Of a stretch of DNA of 64,000 nucleotides, positions 63,400 through 64,000 are shown piece by piece (within the stretch, counting starts at the first letter, position 1; each line of letters opens with the position of its first letter). The notes below the pieces were generated by a model, which was not told where the DNA came from, did not search any database, and saw nothing but the letters and a program-made list of their open reading frames with translations. A program made the position numbers and the translations under genes. Where the stretch lies: assembly GCF_963853765.1 (NCBI RefSeq), contig NC_088856.1, positions 55,800,001 through 55,864,000 on the forward strand. The letters run 5' to 3'. The stretch comes from Magallana gigas (Eukaryota).

Positions 63400-64000
63400 A
63401 TCGTTGTTAACTTGGTGATAAAAGTGTTTTATTTACTGTATATTCCTAATTAATTTTATTATTTATTATTTTAAAACTGAAGTTTACCTTTTAATCAGAG
63501 AGGTCATTGCATTCCGTAAAACAAAAGAACAAGACTGTAGGTTTGATATTTATATTTGTTGTGAAGAAAATTCCCCTGAATTGACAAGATAGCTTAAAGA
63601 AGTCTTTTTACCTTATTTTGAAACGCAAATGTATCGAGTTCATTGGCCTGAGCGGGATTTCCTTCCGGGGTCCTCGATATTTGATCAAGTGACGTCATCC
63701 GTGACAAAATCTGCAAATTACGTCATATTTCTGTCCTCTGCATTCTGTGGCTTACGAGAAAATGAAGACTCAAAAATGAATATGGAATGGCGTCTTATCT
63801 GGAACTCGTACCGAAACAAACAAAGCAAAAAAATTCTGTTAGTTAATTTTGAACACGTGCTACTGCTACGATTGGATCATTAAAGTATTTATACGTTTGA
63901 AACTTTTCTTCAGATTTGAAAAGCATCTTTTAAGTGATATCCAAGAAGAAATTGGTCGACCTTTTCGTGCTGGGAGAATGGTCGATAACAAGAAGCCGGT
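63400..64000 (+). pseudogene. Toll-like receptor pseudogene (TM plus TIR domain)
   Basis: Hydrophobic segment then YFKTEVYLL; TIR box 1 RFDIYIC; in-frame TAG where a Trp is expected (ELTR*LKEVFLPYFE); box 2 YRVHWPERDFLPG; frameshift near 63860 continuing DWIIKVFIRL...LLSDIQEEIGRP; another frameshift near 63425. Confidence 0.75.

Overview
AT-rich, intron-containing animal genomic DNA, most likely a bivalve of the oyster family (inferred from HINE/Helentron-type elements with ~166-bp internal repeats, TTAA-flanked MITEs and the gene families present). Spliced gene models were built by hand from GT-AG junctions with consistent phases. Left to right: a repeat-rich region (1-6.7 kb); a minus-strand 5-exon Spec3/STUM-family membrane protein with PPxY motifs and a C-terminal FYVE-like zinc finger; three intact tandem 5-exon secreted single-domain C-type lectin genes plus a decayed fourth copy, whose introns carry minisatellites made of reiterated exon-end/splice-donor junctions; a compact minus-strand cluster of an RNA polymerase I A34/PAF49-like gene, ALG13 and TMEM186; REXO4 head-to-head with that cluster; an intronless acyl-CoA synthetase; an intronless class A orphan GPCR; and a disabled Toll-like receptor TM-TIR remnant. 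The two best leads are an apparent spliced, in-frame ALG13-TMEM186 bicistronic unit (stop and next ATG 12 nt apart after splicing) and the splice-donor arrays. No database searches were possible, so novelty claims are untested.
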